From an uncultured virus (IMG/VR IMGVR_UViG_2576861513_000002) (taxonomy: Duplodnaviria > Heunggongvirae > Uroviricota > Caudoviricetes), in IMG/VR virus record IMGVR_UViG_2576861513_000002: a DNA stretch of 64,000 bases; one strand, written 5' to 3'. Shown piece by piece: positions 9,454 through 18,910 of this stretch. Numbering within the stretch: position 1 is the first letter of the stretch; each line of letters starts with the position of its first letter. The position numbers were made by a program, and so were the translations under genes. Below the pieces are notes generated by a model, which did not search any database, was not told where the DNA came from, and was given only the letters and a program-made list of their open reading frames with translations.

Positions 9454-10116
9454 TCATTGTGGTTTTCCTGTATTGCTTCCGCCGGACTGTACGCCGCCGT
9501 GAGTATGATTAACCTGGCTAATACCGTTAGCAGTCTGGTCGCCAGTGGAAGTTATCGAGCCGTTTACCTGTACTGGCCCGTTAAGGGTGATCTGTGGGCT
9601 GGTAATAGTGATAGCCCCACCAGCGGCCACTTCAACGAATGCCGAACCATCATCAGTGCGAAGTTGTGCAGCGCTGGTGCTGATACCGCTGATTTTTCGC
9701 GCCTGCGACTGCGGACCCGGTATAACGAACGCATCAGACAGATCCAAAACTCTCCCGTCAGCCCTCTCCTGTACACCGCCGTTCTGCCACCAGAAATCAA
9801 TACTACGCGACGAAAACACAATCAGGCATTCATCACCTTCTTTAACCGGGAAAGTCAGCGTAACGCCGCCACCGCGCGGGAAAACCACGGGCAAATCCTC
9901 AAGGATCGGATGGCGAACGGATTCATACTGGAAATCCTCAACCATTGTGCCGGCCTTTGTCATTCTTGCCGTAATGGCTATATCAACGTCGCAGGTGACA
10001 GTTTCCGGGTCGAATGAACGAATAACTCCGGGTAACGCATTGGTCACAGCTGCTTTGGCGTTATCCTGTACAAGCTGTGCTACATCCTGCTCGTCTGCAG
10101 GTCGAATGAATGGCAT
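9454..10116 (-). CDS. Satellite-encoded membrane-puncturing baseplate spike (Gp138/gpV-like)
   Basis: PVVFPRGGGVTLTFPVKEGDECL, IDFWWQNGG, C-terminal HTHGGVQSGG; paralogue of 19336-20091. Confidence 0.92.
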   Translation of the reverse strand: MPFIRPADEQDVAQLVQDNAKAAVTNALPGVIRSFDPETVTCDVDIAITARMTKAGTMVEDFQYESVRHPILEDLPVVFPRGGGVTLTFPVKEGDECLIVFSSRSIDFWWQNGGVQERADGRVLDLSDAFVIPGPQSQARKISGISTSAAQLRTDDGSAFVEVAAGGAITITSPQITLNGPVQVNGSITSTGDQTANGISQVNHTHGGVQSGGSNTGKPQ

Positions 10117-10125
10117 AGTCTCCCC

Positions 10126-10476
10126 TCACTCCTTCACGCGCTTACAATCAAATGTGCCAATTATCCGCCCCTGATTCAGGTTTGTGCGGATAAGCTCGAC
10201 GTTTAACCAATGCTTTTTGCTGCCGTCAGGATGAATATATTCAAACCCATACAGATTCCCATCACTAGCAGGCATGAGCGTCATCTCGACTTTCATTCCA
10301 TTTTGTCCAAGCTCAGTAATCTTTTGCGATGTGACCATTTCACCGTTTATCTCAGTCATTTCCCCTACTCTGGCAACCAGTGTAAAATTTCCACATTGAG
10401 TAGTTACGACGCTATTCGCTTCTGCCATACCGTTATATGAAATGACAACAGCCAGTAGGAAAAGTAGTTTTTTCAT
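10126..10476 (-). CDS. Exported (signal peptide) two-Cys protein, paralogue of 20570-20923
   Basis: MKKLLFLLAVV...AEA; shares QCG, INGExVTSQKI, LMPAxDGNxYGFEYI, IGxFxCKxV with the helper gene. Confidence 0.85.
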   Translation of the reverse strand: MKKLLFLLAVVISYNGMAEANSVVTTQCGNFTLVARVGEMTEINGEMVTSQKITELGQNGMKVEMTLMPASDGNLYGFEYIHPDGSKKHWLNVELIRTNLNQGRIIGTFDCKRVKE

Positions 10477-11573
10477 TCCGCTCCCCATCTATCATTTGTT
10501 GATTGTGAATATAGATCCGTATTGCCTCTCGCCTCGCACGCCAAATCCATATACCATGCTTGGCCTCGCGTGTCGCCTGTGTAACTGATATACCTGACCT
10601 TATACACACCATCAGTTGCTACACTGGCAGGCTGAGAAGTTGGCGGCGCTTCAATATATTGGCCTTTATCATCCTTGATATTTCCAATGGGGATAAGGTT
10701 GCCGTTTGTTTCTTTCTCAGAAAACCGCCCACTGTAAATATCCTGACGGGATAGCGCGGTACGATATACAGAAGCCTGATCCAGCTGAATGAGCCCGTTC
10801 AGGTGTATCTGTGGATTAATCAGACATTTGACATTAACACCTGCGCCGATTGTCTGTTGTGGCATGCCGATAAGCCCAGTATTAGCGTTAAGAACCACCG
10901 CTTCATGAGTCGCCTTGTCTCTGGAAACAATATCGACTTTTCCATAGTTGAATTTCCAGGTGGCTTTGCACTGCGCGGCCACTTCATCGAGATAGTTGTG
11001 AACATAGCCAAAAAGTGCTCGACCGCGAGGAAATACCGTTGGTGGAAATTCAGGAACAATACCGCGAGAAATACCGTAAGGCTCCAGATTGATCATTAGC
11101 GCCTCATAAATATCTTTCGTGGTATACCCCTTACTAATATTTGTGTTTATAAATGCGCTGGTAAATGCCTCCAAAGAATCACAGGCTTGCACCTGAATCC
11201 ACGAATCAACGCCATTATCTTTACCTGTCCAAGTAAAACGTATATCACCGCTGAAAATGACGCCGTGGTTTACACCGTTAACCTGTCCCACTTCGCTTGC
11301 TGATATTTCACGCGCGATACCCACATCACTCGCCCTTACATCCGGTGCAAGACCGTCATACCCCGTAATCATGACGATTTTTGCAAACTCACGTTGCATA
11401 ATCCGATTTTGCGTGTGCGAGGAAAGGTTGTAAATCTTAACAGTGGCTACAGCAGGCCATTTGTTATCGTTACGCTCTATTTGAAAAGTAACTTTGAAGT
11501 CACTCAGGCTGACCCCTTGCCCGTTCTCTCCCACAAGTTGTAGTTCGAAATGCCTCATCCAGTTTTTTGACAT
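10473..11573 (-). CDS. Satellite-encoded baseplate hub protein
   Basis: MSKNWMRHFELQLV...YTGDTRGQAWYMD; paralogue of 20926-21990. Confidence 0.88.
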   Translation of the reverse strand: MSKNWMRHFELQLVGENGQGVSLSDFKVTFQIERNDNKWPAVATVKIYNLSSHTQNRIMQREFAKIVMITGYDGLAPDVRASDVGIAREISASEVGQVNGVNHGVIFSGDIRFTWTGKDNGVDSWIQVQACDSLEAFTSAFINTNISKGYTTKDIYEALMINLEPYGISRGIVPEFPPTVFPRGRALFGYVHNYLDEVAAQCKATWKFNYGKVDIVSRDKATHEAVVLNANTGLIGMPQQTIGAGVNVKCLINPQIHLNGLIQLDQASVYRTALSRQDIYSGRFSEKETNGNLIPIGNIKDDKGQYIEAPPTSQPASVATDGVYKVRYISYTGDTRGQAWYMDLACEARGNTDLYSQSTNDRWGAE

Positions 11574-11596
11574 AATTGGTTCTCTATATTCAAAAA

Positions 11597-11621
11597 GAAA
11601 AAACCCGGCCTAATCGCCGGG
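11597..11621 (-). terminator. Intrinsic terminator upstream of the satellite hub gene
   Basis: CCCGGC-loop-GCCGGG followed by a T run on the minus strand. Confidence 0.65.
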
Positions 11622-11629
11622 CGTGAGAG

Positions 11630-12304
11630 TTAATAATGAGCATATGGGCGCATGTGCTTATCGATGGTTTTTTGTCTTTCCTTCTCATCGACTTTCTGCT
11701 GCTCCCAGTGCTGATCAAGCTGACGTTGAAGCTGAATGTTTTTATTCACATCAGCATCGAAATCCCGGCGCTTTTGAGCTGCTTCTTTAGCATTGATACT
11801 AGGGATATATGGTTTCGATTTGATGTTGTTCGCCTCCATGTATTCCCCGGCAATTTCCAGTAACGAGACAGCCTCACTCCGTGGAATATTGTCAGGCAAC
11901 GTATAGCCGGAAATGGCTTTCAGAACAGCAATGGGCACAAAGCGAAGTGCCTCAATGGCGATGTTTTCCGGGTTGCGTTCAACGCCAACCGTGAAATCTG
12001 GCACGGCTTTCCATACTGACTTGAGAAACTCAGCATGGGATTGAGGCGGCTGGCCTGAGCCTGCAGGCTGCTGATCGCCAGTTCTTTTCTTTAGCCGGTC
12101 TGCTGTTCGGTTAGCAGCTGCTGCACGATTTTCAGCGGCGATAATCCGATCGTTAGCCGCAGCCAATGCTCTCACGATGGATGTCATGAAATCAGCAGAT
12201 GCGGGGTCTGTAGGGAATTGAATCTCCGTATCATTATCAAAATTTGCAGTAATGATTACGCCAGATCCGGAAGGGGTCGCATTAAAGCGAGTCATGTTTG
12301 GCAT
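11630..12304 (-). CDS. Hypothetical satellite protein (coiled-coil segments)
   Basis: Long ORF; AGGA RBS before MPNMTRF. Confidence 0.7.
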   Translation of the reverse strand: MPNMTRFNATPSGSGVIITANFDNDTEIQFPTDPASADFMTSIVRALAAANDRIIAAENRAAAANRTADRLKKRTGDQQPAGSGQPPQSHAEFLKSVWKAVPDFTVGVERNPENIAIEALRFVPIAVLKAISGYTLPDNIPRSEAVSLLEIAGEYMEANNIKSKPYIPSINAKEAAQKRRDFDADVNKNIQLQRQLDQHWEQQKVDEKERQKTIDKHMRPYAHY

Positions 12305-12483
12305 GGTCAAATTGTCCTGTAACCTCGACGGGATTGTCGGTATGAATATTATACACGCAAACCATAAAATCAGATACAAAACATAACATCAACCACAAAA
12401 AGTGGTAAATAGGTGTAGAGTTCTGCTATTCTGTATTCGTGGGTACGGAATCCCCCACCGATTGCACAATCGTGATACTAAGC

Positions 12484-12515
12484 AAAGCCCGCGCCTTCCT
12501 TCGCGGGCTTTTTAT
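12484..12515. terminator. Terminator hairpin after the primase
   Basis: AAAGCCCGCG-loop-CGCGGGCTTT. Confidence 0.7.
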
Positions 12516-12519
12516 TTGC

Positions 12520-14862
12520 TTACTTCTTCGTCGGGTTGGGATAAGGCTGTGGCAGCCAGTCCTCAGCACTTCCTGAAAGTTCCACGTTGGTTACAACTCC
12601 TCGCGTCTTTCTCTCTTTCCGGTATTCGTGATTAAACTCGCGCATTGCGCTCTCCATGCCCTCAGCGAATTTATTAAGGGTTAGCGGCTTATCGAATCCG
12701 TTAGCCTCCAGAAAGGCCAGATACGCATGATAGAGATACACGCGCGGGTATAGTGGCGGATTGCGGTTCCCTACCAGCATTCCCGTACACTCTGACAGCT
12801 TTTCAAGGTATGCGCAGAAAGCATAAAGCGGGTCTGTTTTCTGTTTAACCTCCAGCGCTTCCTCACTGTTCCTCTGTTCCAACAAAAGCGCCCTTGCTTT
12901 CTCTGGATCAGAAAAGTTAGCCAGGAGCCGGCGGACAATAACCGGGATTTCTGCGGATATCTTTTCCGACAAATCGGGGTCTTTGTCTTCCTCTCGAACC
13001 CGGTTATTAAACTGAAAAATAACCCTACGGCGGGCAACGCCTCCGGCTCGTTCAGTGAAAATCATCGGAGTGTTGTTTGTAGCGACTACAACGGCCCTCA
13101 GAACGGCGGTGTACTGGTGTTCATGCTTCGGGTCAATCTCTACGGCATCGCCGCCCGTAATCGCTTTTATACCCGTTCCCTCGCCTGAATATTTTGGCTG
13201 GTCTGGTAGGGTTATCATACTTTTGCCTACGAACTGCGCCCGACCTCTGGCGCTATCCAGTGCGGCCATATTTCCGCTGGCCGTGTTGTGTTCGCCAGCC
13301 AGCATAGTAGCAATGTGAGTGAAAACGCTTTTGCCGCTACCTCCCTCCCCGGTTATCTCAAGAAAAAGCTGCCAGTCGTAGCGGTTCGCCAGCACCATAA
13401 AAAGCCCAGCGGCGATCCGCTTCATTTTAAGTGCGTCTCTTCCTGCTGTGTAACTTAGCCATTTATGGAAGTTTGGCGCATGGTCATGAAGGTTTTCACC
13501 AGGCTCCGGCGGCGTATAGATCACGCCGTTATCGTTAGTGAGCCAGTTGTGTAATGAATGCTGCGAGAAAGTCCCGGTTTCCATGTCGTACACGCCATTT
13601 TTGAACGGGATCAGGCTGCGGCGAGGTTGGCCCATAACCGGAATAACAATCTTCAACGCTTCAATAACGTTGTTTACTGAACGTTTGCTGAAATTAGTCT
13701 GATTTTCGTTGTAGATAGCTACCATTTCGCGGCTTAGTTCTAATGGTGCCGCTTTTATCCATACTCCTTCGCGGTACAGATACACAGCCTCGCTCTCTGC
13801 GTGAATGGCTATGCCCTCGTAGCGGTCTGCCAGCATCAGCGCTTTTTCATTATCCGCCATCTGGATCAGGTTGAGTTCTCCGCGCCCGCGCTTTTTACCG
13901 CCATCGACTACTTTAAGTTTTGCGCCCACACTTTCCCCCTCCGGCTGATACATCGAATCGTTAAATGCTGCTATAGCGGCTTCCAGTCCGTTTTGTCGGT
14001 GGTAGTCGTTCCAGTCCGCCTTGCAGTCCACAGGGGGCAAAGAAACCCAGCCAGCAACGGCTTTAGCGGCTTTCTCTGCACACTCCTTACCTGTGTTAAC
14101 TTTCACTTCTCCGCTTCTGTCACTTTCGGCGCACTGGTCATTATCTGCAGCAATGATGATCCACGCGTTCTGGTATTTTTTGCGCATCACCTGAGCAACG
14201 GGCAGCAGGTTCCCGGCGTCAATAGCTGCGATAATTGTCGCCTCAGTGCGGAACTGCTGAACCGAAAGCGCCGTTGCCAGCCCTTCGGCGATAATCACCG
14301 TTTCCGACGTTGCGCCGGAATTAACCACGCAAAAAGAGCCTTTCTTCACCGTTCCGGCCACCAGCCGCTTACTGCCATCAGGTTTAATCACCTGTGCGCC
14401 AGTCGCCGCACCAGCACCGTTTTTCAGCACCAGCAGCAGCGATCCGTCGGACAGCATCGGGAAGGGGCATTGAAGCCCCTTTGATGTAAGGTAAGCAGAC
14501 TGCCCCGGAGAGGCTTTCGCGGCCAGCGCCGCAACTTTCCCGGCGATATCCGTTTGAGGCTTCTCTCTGGCTTGCTTCGGTTCCGGCATAGGCAGCGACA
14601 TAGCTTCGGCCACCAGCTCAGCCGCTTCTCTCGGGCCGCACTGGTTGACCTTCATCACCAGATCCAGCCCAGTACCCGCACCACAGTGCGAACAGAAATA
14701 AGTTCCCCGGTTATCTTTATTGTCGAACCGGTAGCGAGTGTTGCCACCACACGCCGGACATGGCCCTTCTGCGCTGTTTGTAGGAATGGCAAGGCGCTCC
14801 ATAATTGCAGGCCAGTTATTATTAGCCCTGCTACGAATTTCATTAATGAAATTATCTTTCAC
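12520..14862 (-). CDS. P4 alpha-like primase-helicase
   Basis: Zn finger CPACGG...CSHCG, TOPRIM IAEGLATA / AADND, Walker A GEGGSGKS. Confidence 0.95.
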   Translation of the reverse strand: MKDNFINEIRSRANNNWPAIMERLAIPTNSAEGPCPACGGNTRYRFDNKDNRGTYFCSHCGAGTGLDLVMKVNQCGPREAAELVAEAMSLPMPEPKQAREKPQTDIAGKVAALAAKASPGQSAYLTSKGLQCPFPMLSDGSLLLVLKNGAGAATGAQVIKPDGSKRLVAGTVKKGSFCVVNSGATSETVIIAEGLATALSVQQFRTEATIIAAIDAGNLLPVAQVMRKKYQNAWIIIAADNDQCAESDRSGEVKVNTGKECAEKAAKAVAGWVSLPPVDCKADWNDYHRQNGLEAAIAAFNDSMYQPEGESVGAKLKVVDGGKKRGRGELNLIQMADNEKALMLADRYEGIAIHAESEAVYLYREGVWIKAAPLELSREMVAIYNENQTNFSKRSVNNVIEALKIVIPVMGQPRRSLIPFKNGVYDMETGTFSQHSLHNWLTNDNGVIYTPPEPGENLHDHAPNFHKWLSYTAGRDALKMKRIAAGLFMVLANRYDWQLFLEITGEGGSGKSVFTHIATMLAGEHNTASGNMAALDSARGRAQFVGKSMITLPDQPKYSGEGTGIKAITGGDAVEIDPKHEHQYTAVLRAVVVATNNTPMIFTERAGGVARRRVIFQFNNRVREEDKDPDLSEKISAEIPVIVRRLLANFSDPEKARALLLEQRNSEEALEVKQKTDPLYAFCAYLEKLSECTGMLVGNRNPPLYPRVYLYHAYLAFLEANGFDKPLTLNKFAEGMESAMREFNHEYRKERKTRGVVTNVELSGSAEDWLPQPYPNPTKK

Positions 14863-15077
14863 GGCATCACCTCGCCTACCAGATTAAATTCTTTGATAAA
14901 TCGTGATTCATTCAGAGTGCATGGAGATAAATAACCATCACGAATAAATGTCACTCTGTTGAATCGGTAACTTTCGACCGTCACAATATCTCCCCATCCA
15001 TCACGCCATTTATCGCCGTGTCTGATTTCAGGCTGAGTTAACCCGCTGGCAATTAAGCCAGATTTTTTCTTTTTCAT
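14859..15077 (-). CDS. DUF4222-like small satellite protein
   Basis: WRDGWGDIVTV...VTFIRDGY...C...RFIKEF; typical position before the primase. Confidence 0.75.
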   Translation of the reverse strand: MKKKKSGLIASGLTQPEIRHGDKWRDGWGDIVTVESYRFNRVTFIRDGYLSPCTLNESRFIKEFNLVGEVMP

Positions 15078-15080
15078 TGG

Positions 15081-15302
15081 TTACACCCCTGTATTCGGCT
15101 TGTAAGCGTCCCGAACTTTCACCAGCTCAATAATGCCGTCATGCAGTAGCGACATGACTGCACTCACTTTGCATGCCTCTGCGTGGCGTTCAGCGTCATT
15201 AGGAATGCTGTCGATCCACATACTCAGAACCGCCATAGCTTCTTCACTGGAATTAAGCGCACTTTCTGCATGAAGCAGGACTTCAAAAGGAATCTGTTTC
15301 AT
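15081..15302 (-). CDS. Hypothetical satellite protein
   Basis: Translationally coupled small ORF. Confidence 0.7.
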   Translation of the reverse strand: MKQIPFEVLLHAESALNSSEEAMAVLSMWIDSIPNDAERHAEACKVSAVMSLLHDGIIELVKVRDAYKPNTGV

Positions 15303-15493
15303 TTCTTATCTCCCTTACCCAATTCGGCAATTAATGCGCGGTGTATTTCATGATTGAAGTCACACGCAATGGAAATCAGGTTTAGAAGCGTGACAGAGCA
15401 TTCATCTGTGGCTTTCTCCAGAATAGTTTCGTAGAGCGATGCGGCCAGTGCAGATTTATATTCGGCCTGGATCAAACTGATTGACTCACGCAT
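15299..15493 (-). CDS. Hypothetical satellite protein
   Basis: Translationally coupled small ORF. Confidence 0.65.
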   Translation of the reverse strand: MRESISLIQAEYKSALAASLYETILEKATDECSVTLLNLISIACDFNHEIHRALIAELGKGDKK

Positions 15494-16364
15494 TAGATAC
15501 CTCCATTGCCAGGCGAGACTGAATCGCTGCGGCTTTGCTGCCTAACTGCAGATAGGTACGAGTTATCGCTGGGTTGCTATGCCCAAGCATTTCAGAGGCA
15601 ATTAAAAGCCCCTGCTCGCCACCGGCTGACATGAGGTTAAATGCTGCGATCTTCCGGCTTGAATAGGCACTTAGGCGCAATTTTGTATTGATAAAGCGGG
15701 TAAACCACGCCATCACGCTTTGGAGTTTTCGCCAGATGGTCTGGCGGGTAACGCTACCTTCCAGACACTGGCAACGGTTACTTTCGATTTGAGAGCGGGA
15801 AAATATCAGGTCGTCCTCTACCAGATTCCGATCCTGACGTTCGCGAAGCCGTTTGATGATGCCCGGCGGTAACTGTTTGGTGTCGTGCTTAACGTCTGCT
15901 TTAGCCACCAGCCCGAATACTATCGCCTGTTCTTCGTCGGTCATATCCGCTGCCAGCGCATCACAGTTGATGCTGTCCCACTTCATGTAGGCGATATGGT
16001 CAGCGGCAAGCCTCGCGGCGTCCTTGCGCTGCTGGCGCACGATTTCAATGCCTTTGCGGGTCGCCCGCGCTTCGGCAGCTTTGGTCTGTTTGGCAACGAT
16101 AATTGTCGCCTGCCCCGTTTCCCAATTGATGCAGGAATAGCGCAGGTTGCAAACGTCGCTGGTACGCCAGCCGGTTACGGTCGCAATGTCCCACCAGAGC
16201 AGCACCCAATCCGGTTGTGTCTGCTGTATGCGTTCGCGTAGCTTGCGCTGTTCGTCACGGTCATAAACTGGCGTCATTGTGCGACTGCCCTTTGTGCTTG
16301 CCGCTTTAACGACATTGCCGCGCAGTTCACGGGCTTTGGCTGTCAGTGTCTGGAGGTTAAACAT
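15486..16364 (-). CDS. Tyrosine recombinase-family protein
   Basis: TGWRTSD, YSSRK, LGHS...TYL motifs. Confidence 0.85.
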   Translation of the reverse strand: MFNLQTLTAKARELRGNVVKAASTKGSRTMTPVYDRDEQRKLRERIQQTQPDWVLLWWDIATVTGWRTSDVCNLRYSCINWETGQATIIVAKQTKAAEARATRKGIEIVRQQRKDAARLAADHIAYMKWDSINCDALAADMTDEEQAIVFGLVAKADVKHDTKQLPPGIIKRLRERQDRNLVEDDLIFSRSQIESNRCQCLEGSVTRQTIWRKLQSVMAWFTRFINTKLRLSAYSSRKIAAFNLMSAGGEQGLLIASEMLGHSNPAITRTYLQLGSKAAAIQSRLAMEVSNA

Positions 16365-16602
16365 TGTGCACCTCCAGCATTTCCGGAGTCAGGAGGTTCA
16401 GGCCATAAGATCCACAGCCAGAATCACGCAGGCTGCTTTCAGTGCGGATTTTTGCGGCAAAGGTCAGATTCCAGCATGGAAAGGTATCGCGGGCTTCTTC
16501 TTCGGTATCAGCCATTGTGCGCAATACGATTGGTGTGCAGTCGTGTTTTTTCGGTGTGGCCAGAAACAGCCAGGTATATTTGGGGCAGGTTGGTTTAGCC
16601 AT
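16357..16602 (-). CDS. Icd-like host cell division inhibitor
   Basis: YTWLFLA...ADTEEEAR...LTFAAKIR; follows a C4-type RNA. Confidence 0.8.
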   Translation of the reverse strand: MAKPTCPKYTWLFLATPKKHDCTPIVLRTMADTEEEARDTFPCWNLTFAAKIRTESSLRDSGCGSYGLNLLTPEMLEVHNV

Positions 16603-16655
16603 TTTAGCGGCTCCTATGTCGAATGAAGGAGTCTCGCCAGATGCTGCTAAACATG

Positions 16656-16734
16656 GGTGGCGAGACGTGACGGGGTTAGCAGACTGGTGACATAGAAACC
16701 AGCAGGCCGAAGCCTCCCCACCACGCCCCGCCAT
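16656..16734 (-). ncRNA. C4/CI-type antisense immunity RNA
   Basis: Cloverleaf-like ATGGCGGGGCGTGGTGGGG...CCCCGTCACGTCTCGCCACC; its loops CTATGTC and CTGCTAA are complementary to sites at ~16800-16822 and ~16615-16652. Confidence 0.8.
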
Positions 16735-16928
16735 AAATCGGGGGTATAGGTGAATTACGGGCGTAAAAATACCGCTATACGGAAATCAGCGGCTACCCGC
16801 TATGTCAGTCAGGCTGCTAAACCCGGCACCCGTTTTGTGAGGTGCGAAATAATCATAACCATGCCCGCCATGTTGACGCAAGCGCTTTATAACATCCGGC
16901 GAATTTTTCCGGGGAAAGAACCTCGCTT

Positions 16929-17032
16929 TATGAACACTATGAATACCCTATGAATACCTTAGATAAAGGTGTTCATAGCCTATCTATCTGATTTTTAATA
17001 CCTATATTCAAATCATGAACACTATGAATACC
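16929..17032. repeat. ATGAA(C/T)AC iteron cluster (putative satellite ori)
   Basis: Six copies at 16930, 16939, 16950, 16969 (inverted), 17015, 17024. Confidence 0.78.
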
Positions 17033-17172
17033 TTTGTGCATTTTTCTGCAAACATTCCACCGCCGCCCGATGAAATGCCTTTCTCTGGCTGGTGTAAGTT
17101 ACCGTTGCTGGCAACAGACAATAAAAAAGGCTTGCCCCTTTCGGTAACAAGCCCCGTCTATTTGCTCCGCTT

Positions 17173-17385
17173 TCATGCGGTACAGATCCCGCGCTTTTCA
17201 CTTTGTTTCCCGATCCACGCTTCAACCTCGTCACGATACCAGCAGTTACGGCCTCCCACTTTAAAAGGCATCGGAAAACCGTTTCCCTCATCTTTGAGGA
17301 AATCATAGAACGCAGAATCAGAACGGTAGCGAAGACGCGCTTTAACCTCGCCTTTAAGTAGTATTTCACTATTCGATTCAGACAT
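17173..17385 (-). CDS. alpA: AlpA-family regulator / excisionase
   Basis: FPMPFKVGGRNCWYRDEVEAWI. Confidence 0.88.
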   Translation of the reverse strand: MSESNSEILLKGEVKARLRYRSDSAFYDFLKDEGNGFPMPFKVGGRNCWYRDEVEAWIGKQSEKRGICTA

Positions 17386-17508
17386 AAAAACCTCCGTATA
17401 TATATGAATCAATTATAACAAATTTGAATAAAAAAGATACATTTCGGCGTTTGAATGGAATAAAAAAAAACTGGCATCTAGCCAGCAATAAACGTCGAGT
17501 TTTGAGGA

Positions 17509-18741
17509 CTAACCTATCAGCCTTAATCCTTTATCGCCCTTTGTCTCAAGCAGTTCTCCGCGCTCTGCGCTATCGACATAATCCCCCCACCACTGCATGA
17601 GCATACGCCGCTGTTCAAAGTAATCAGTACGATTGTAGATATTGCGGATCGCGTTCCTGCTTCTGTGAGCAAGTGCCGCCTCAATAACATCAGGGTTAAA
17701 CCCTTCTTCATTCAGCACAGTAGATGCAAGCGACCTAAGCCCGTGAGTAACTACCTCTCCGCTTAGCGATGTTTTATGAATAGCGATCTGCCCGGTACAT
17801 TTCCCAATCGGCTTATCTCCCTTTTTGCCGGAAGGAAAAATAAACGCCCCGCGCCGCCATTTTTCAGCATTGCGTAAAACAGCTATTGCTTGCGCGGACA
17901 GCGGTACAGCGTGTGGCCTTTTCCCCTTCATTCTTTCAGACGGAATTTTCCAAACAGCACTGTCTAAATCAATTTCGTCCCAAACAGCCAGGCGAGCCTC
18001 AGAGGGCCTTACCATCGTTAAAAGCTGGAAGTAAACACACAGCCTTATCGGCTCCCACATACTCAGCCCCAGCCATTCAGAAAGGAACACAGGCAATCTG
18101 CCTTTATCCATCACGGGCATTGGTACGCTTCTTTTGGCTGGGAAAGCCTTGCCGATTTTTAGCAGGCAATTATGGTCAATGACTCCGGTGTTTACCGCAT
18201 AATCCATTACCGAATTGAGCACAACTATCATCTTTTCCACAGAGGCGGGACGATCTGCAAACTCTCTCATTGCCTGAATTGTTGAGGCGGCATTCATTTT
18301 ATGTACCGGCTCGTCACCAAGAACACTATTCAGCGTTTTTAAAGCCCCCTCGTAGCCTCGAATTGTATTGCTGCGGATTCCCTCCGTGATTTTTATTTTC
18401 AGCCAGTTATCAGCGATAACAGAAAACTGCTGTGCATGTTTTTTCCGCTTGTCGCTGAGTTCTTCTTTTTTAACCTCATTCGGATCTATCCCTCTGGCAA
18501 CTTTCCTTCTGGCTTCTTCTCTCGCCTCTCTCGCTTCTGCGAGACTAAATTCAGGATATCGCCCAATAGTTAAGGTCTGCCTTTTTCCGGTTATGGGGTG
18601 CGCATAGCGGAATCGCCATGATTTCCCACCGGACTTAGTTACATACAGAAGGAGTCCAAAGCCATCATGAAGACTGTAATCTTTAAGCTGTGGCTTCGCG
18701 TTCTTAACTTCTGCGTTGGTAAGTGGTTTAACAAGCATCAT
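17509..18741 (-). CDS. int: P4-family integrase of the satellite
   Basis: DGFGLLLYV, GRYPEFSLAEARE, VRPSEAR, HGLRS, LAH...YNRTDY; adjacent to att. Confidence 0.96.
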   Translation of the reverse strand: MMLVKPLTNAEVKNAKPQLKDYSLHDGFGLLLYVTKSGGKSWRFRYAHPITGKRQTLTIGRYPEFSLAEAREAREEARRKVARGIDPNEVKKEELSDKRKKHAQQFSVIADNWLKIKITEGIRSNTIRGYEGALKTLNSVLGDEPVHKMNAASTIQAMREFADRPASVEKMIVVLNSVMDYAVNTGVIDHNCLLKIGKAFPAKRSVPMPVMDKGRLPVFLSEWLGLSMWEPIRLCVYFQLLTMVRPSEARLAVWDEIDLDSAVWKIPSERMKGKRPHAVPLSAQAIAVLRNAEKWRRGAFIFPSGKKGDKPIGKCTGQIAIHKTSLSGEVVTHGLRSLASTVLNEEGFNPDVIEAALAHRSRNAIRNIYNRTDYFEQRRMLMQWWGDYVDSAERGELLETKGDKGLRLIG

Positions 18742-18910
18742 CAGCCCCTTTCACTGCTTCCGCTGTGGTTTCTTTCGTAGTCCCACTTATGGCGAATTGA
18801 ACCCCAGATAGACGAATGCAATCGAATGGATTCAAACACCATAAGCAGGGACTAAACCCAGCAACACCGCGCTTTATTGAACGTTAACGTATTGATTCAT
18901 AGATATTAAA

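Noticed and set aside
9454..11573. Assembly artefact or recent duplication of helper tail genes
   Set aside because: The copies are strongly diverged, with indels and different termini, yet keep intact frames.
12348..12379. Satellite promoter as a copy of helper pR'
   Set aside because: Only TGATTTT and CGTGTAT are shared and the spacing differs; too weak to call.
17022..17369. Alternative ORFs overlapping alpA and the iterons
   Set aside because: They overlap a well-supported gene and repeats, with no recognisable motifs.
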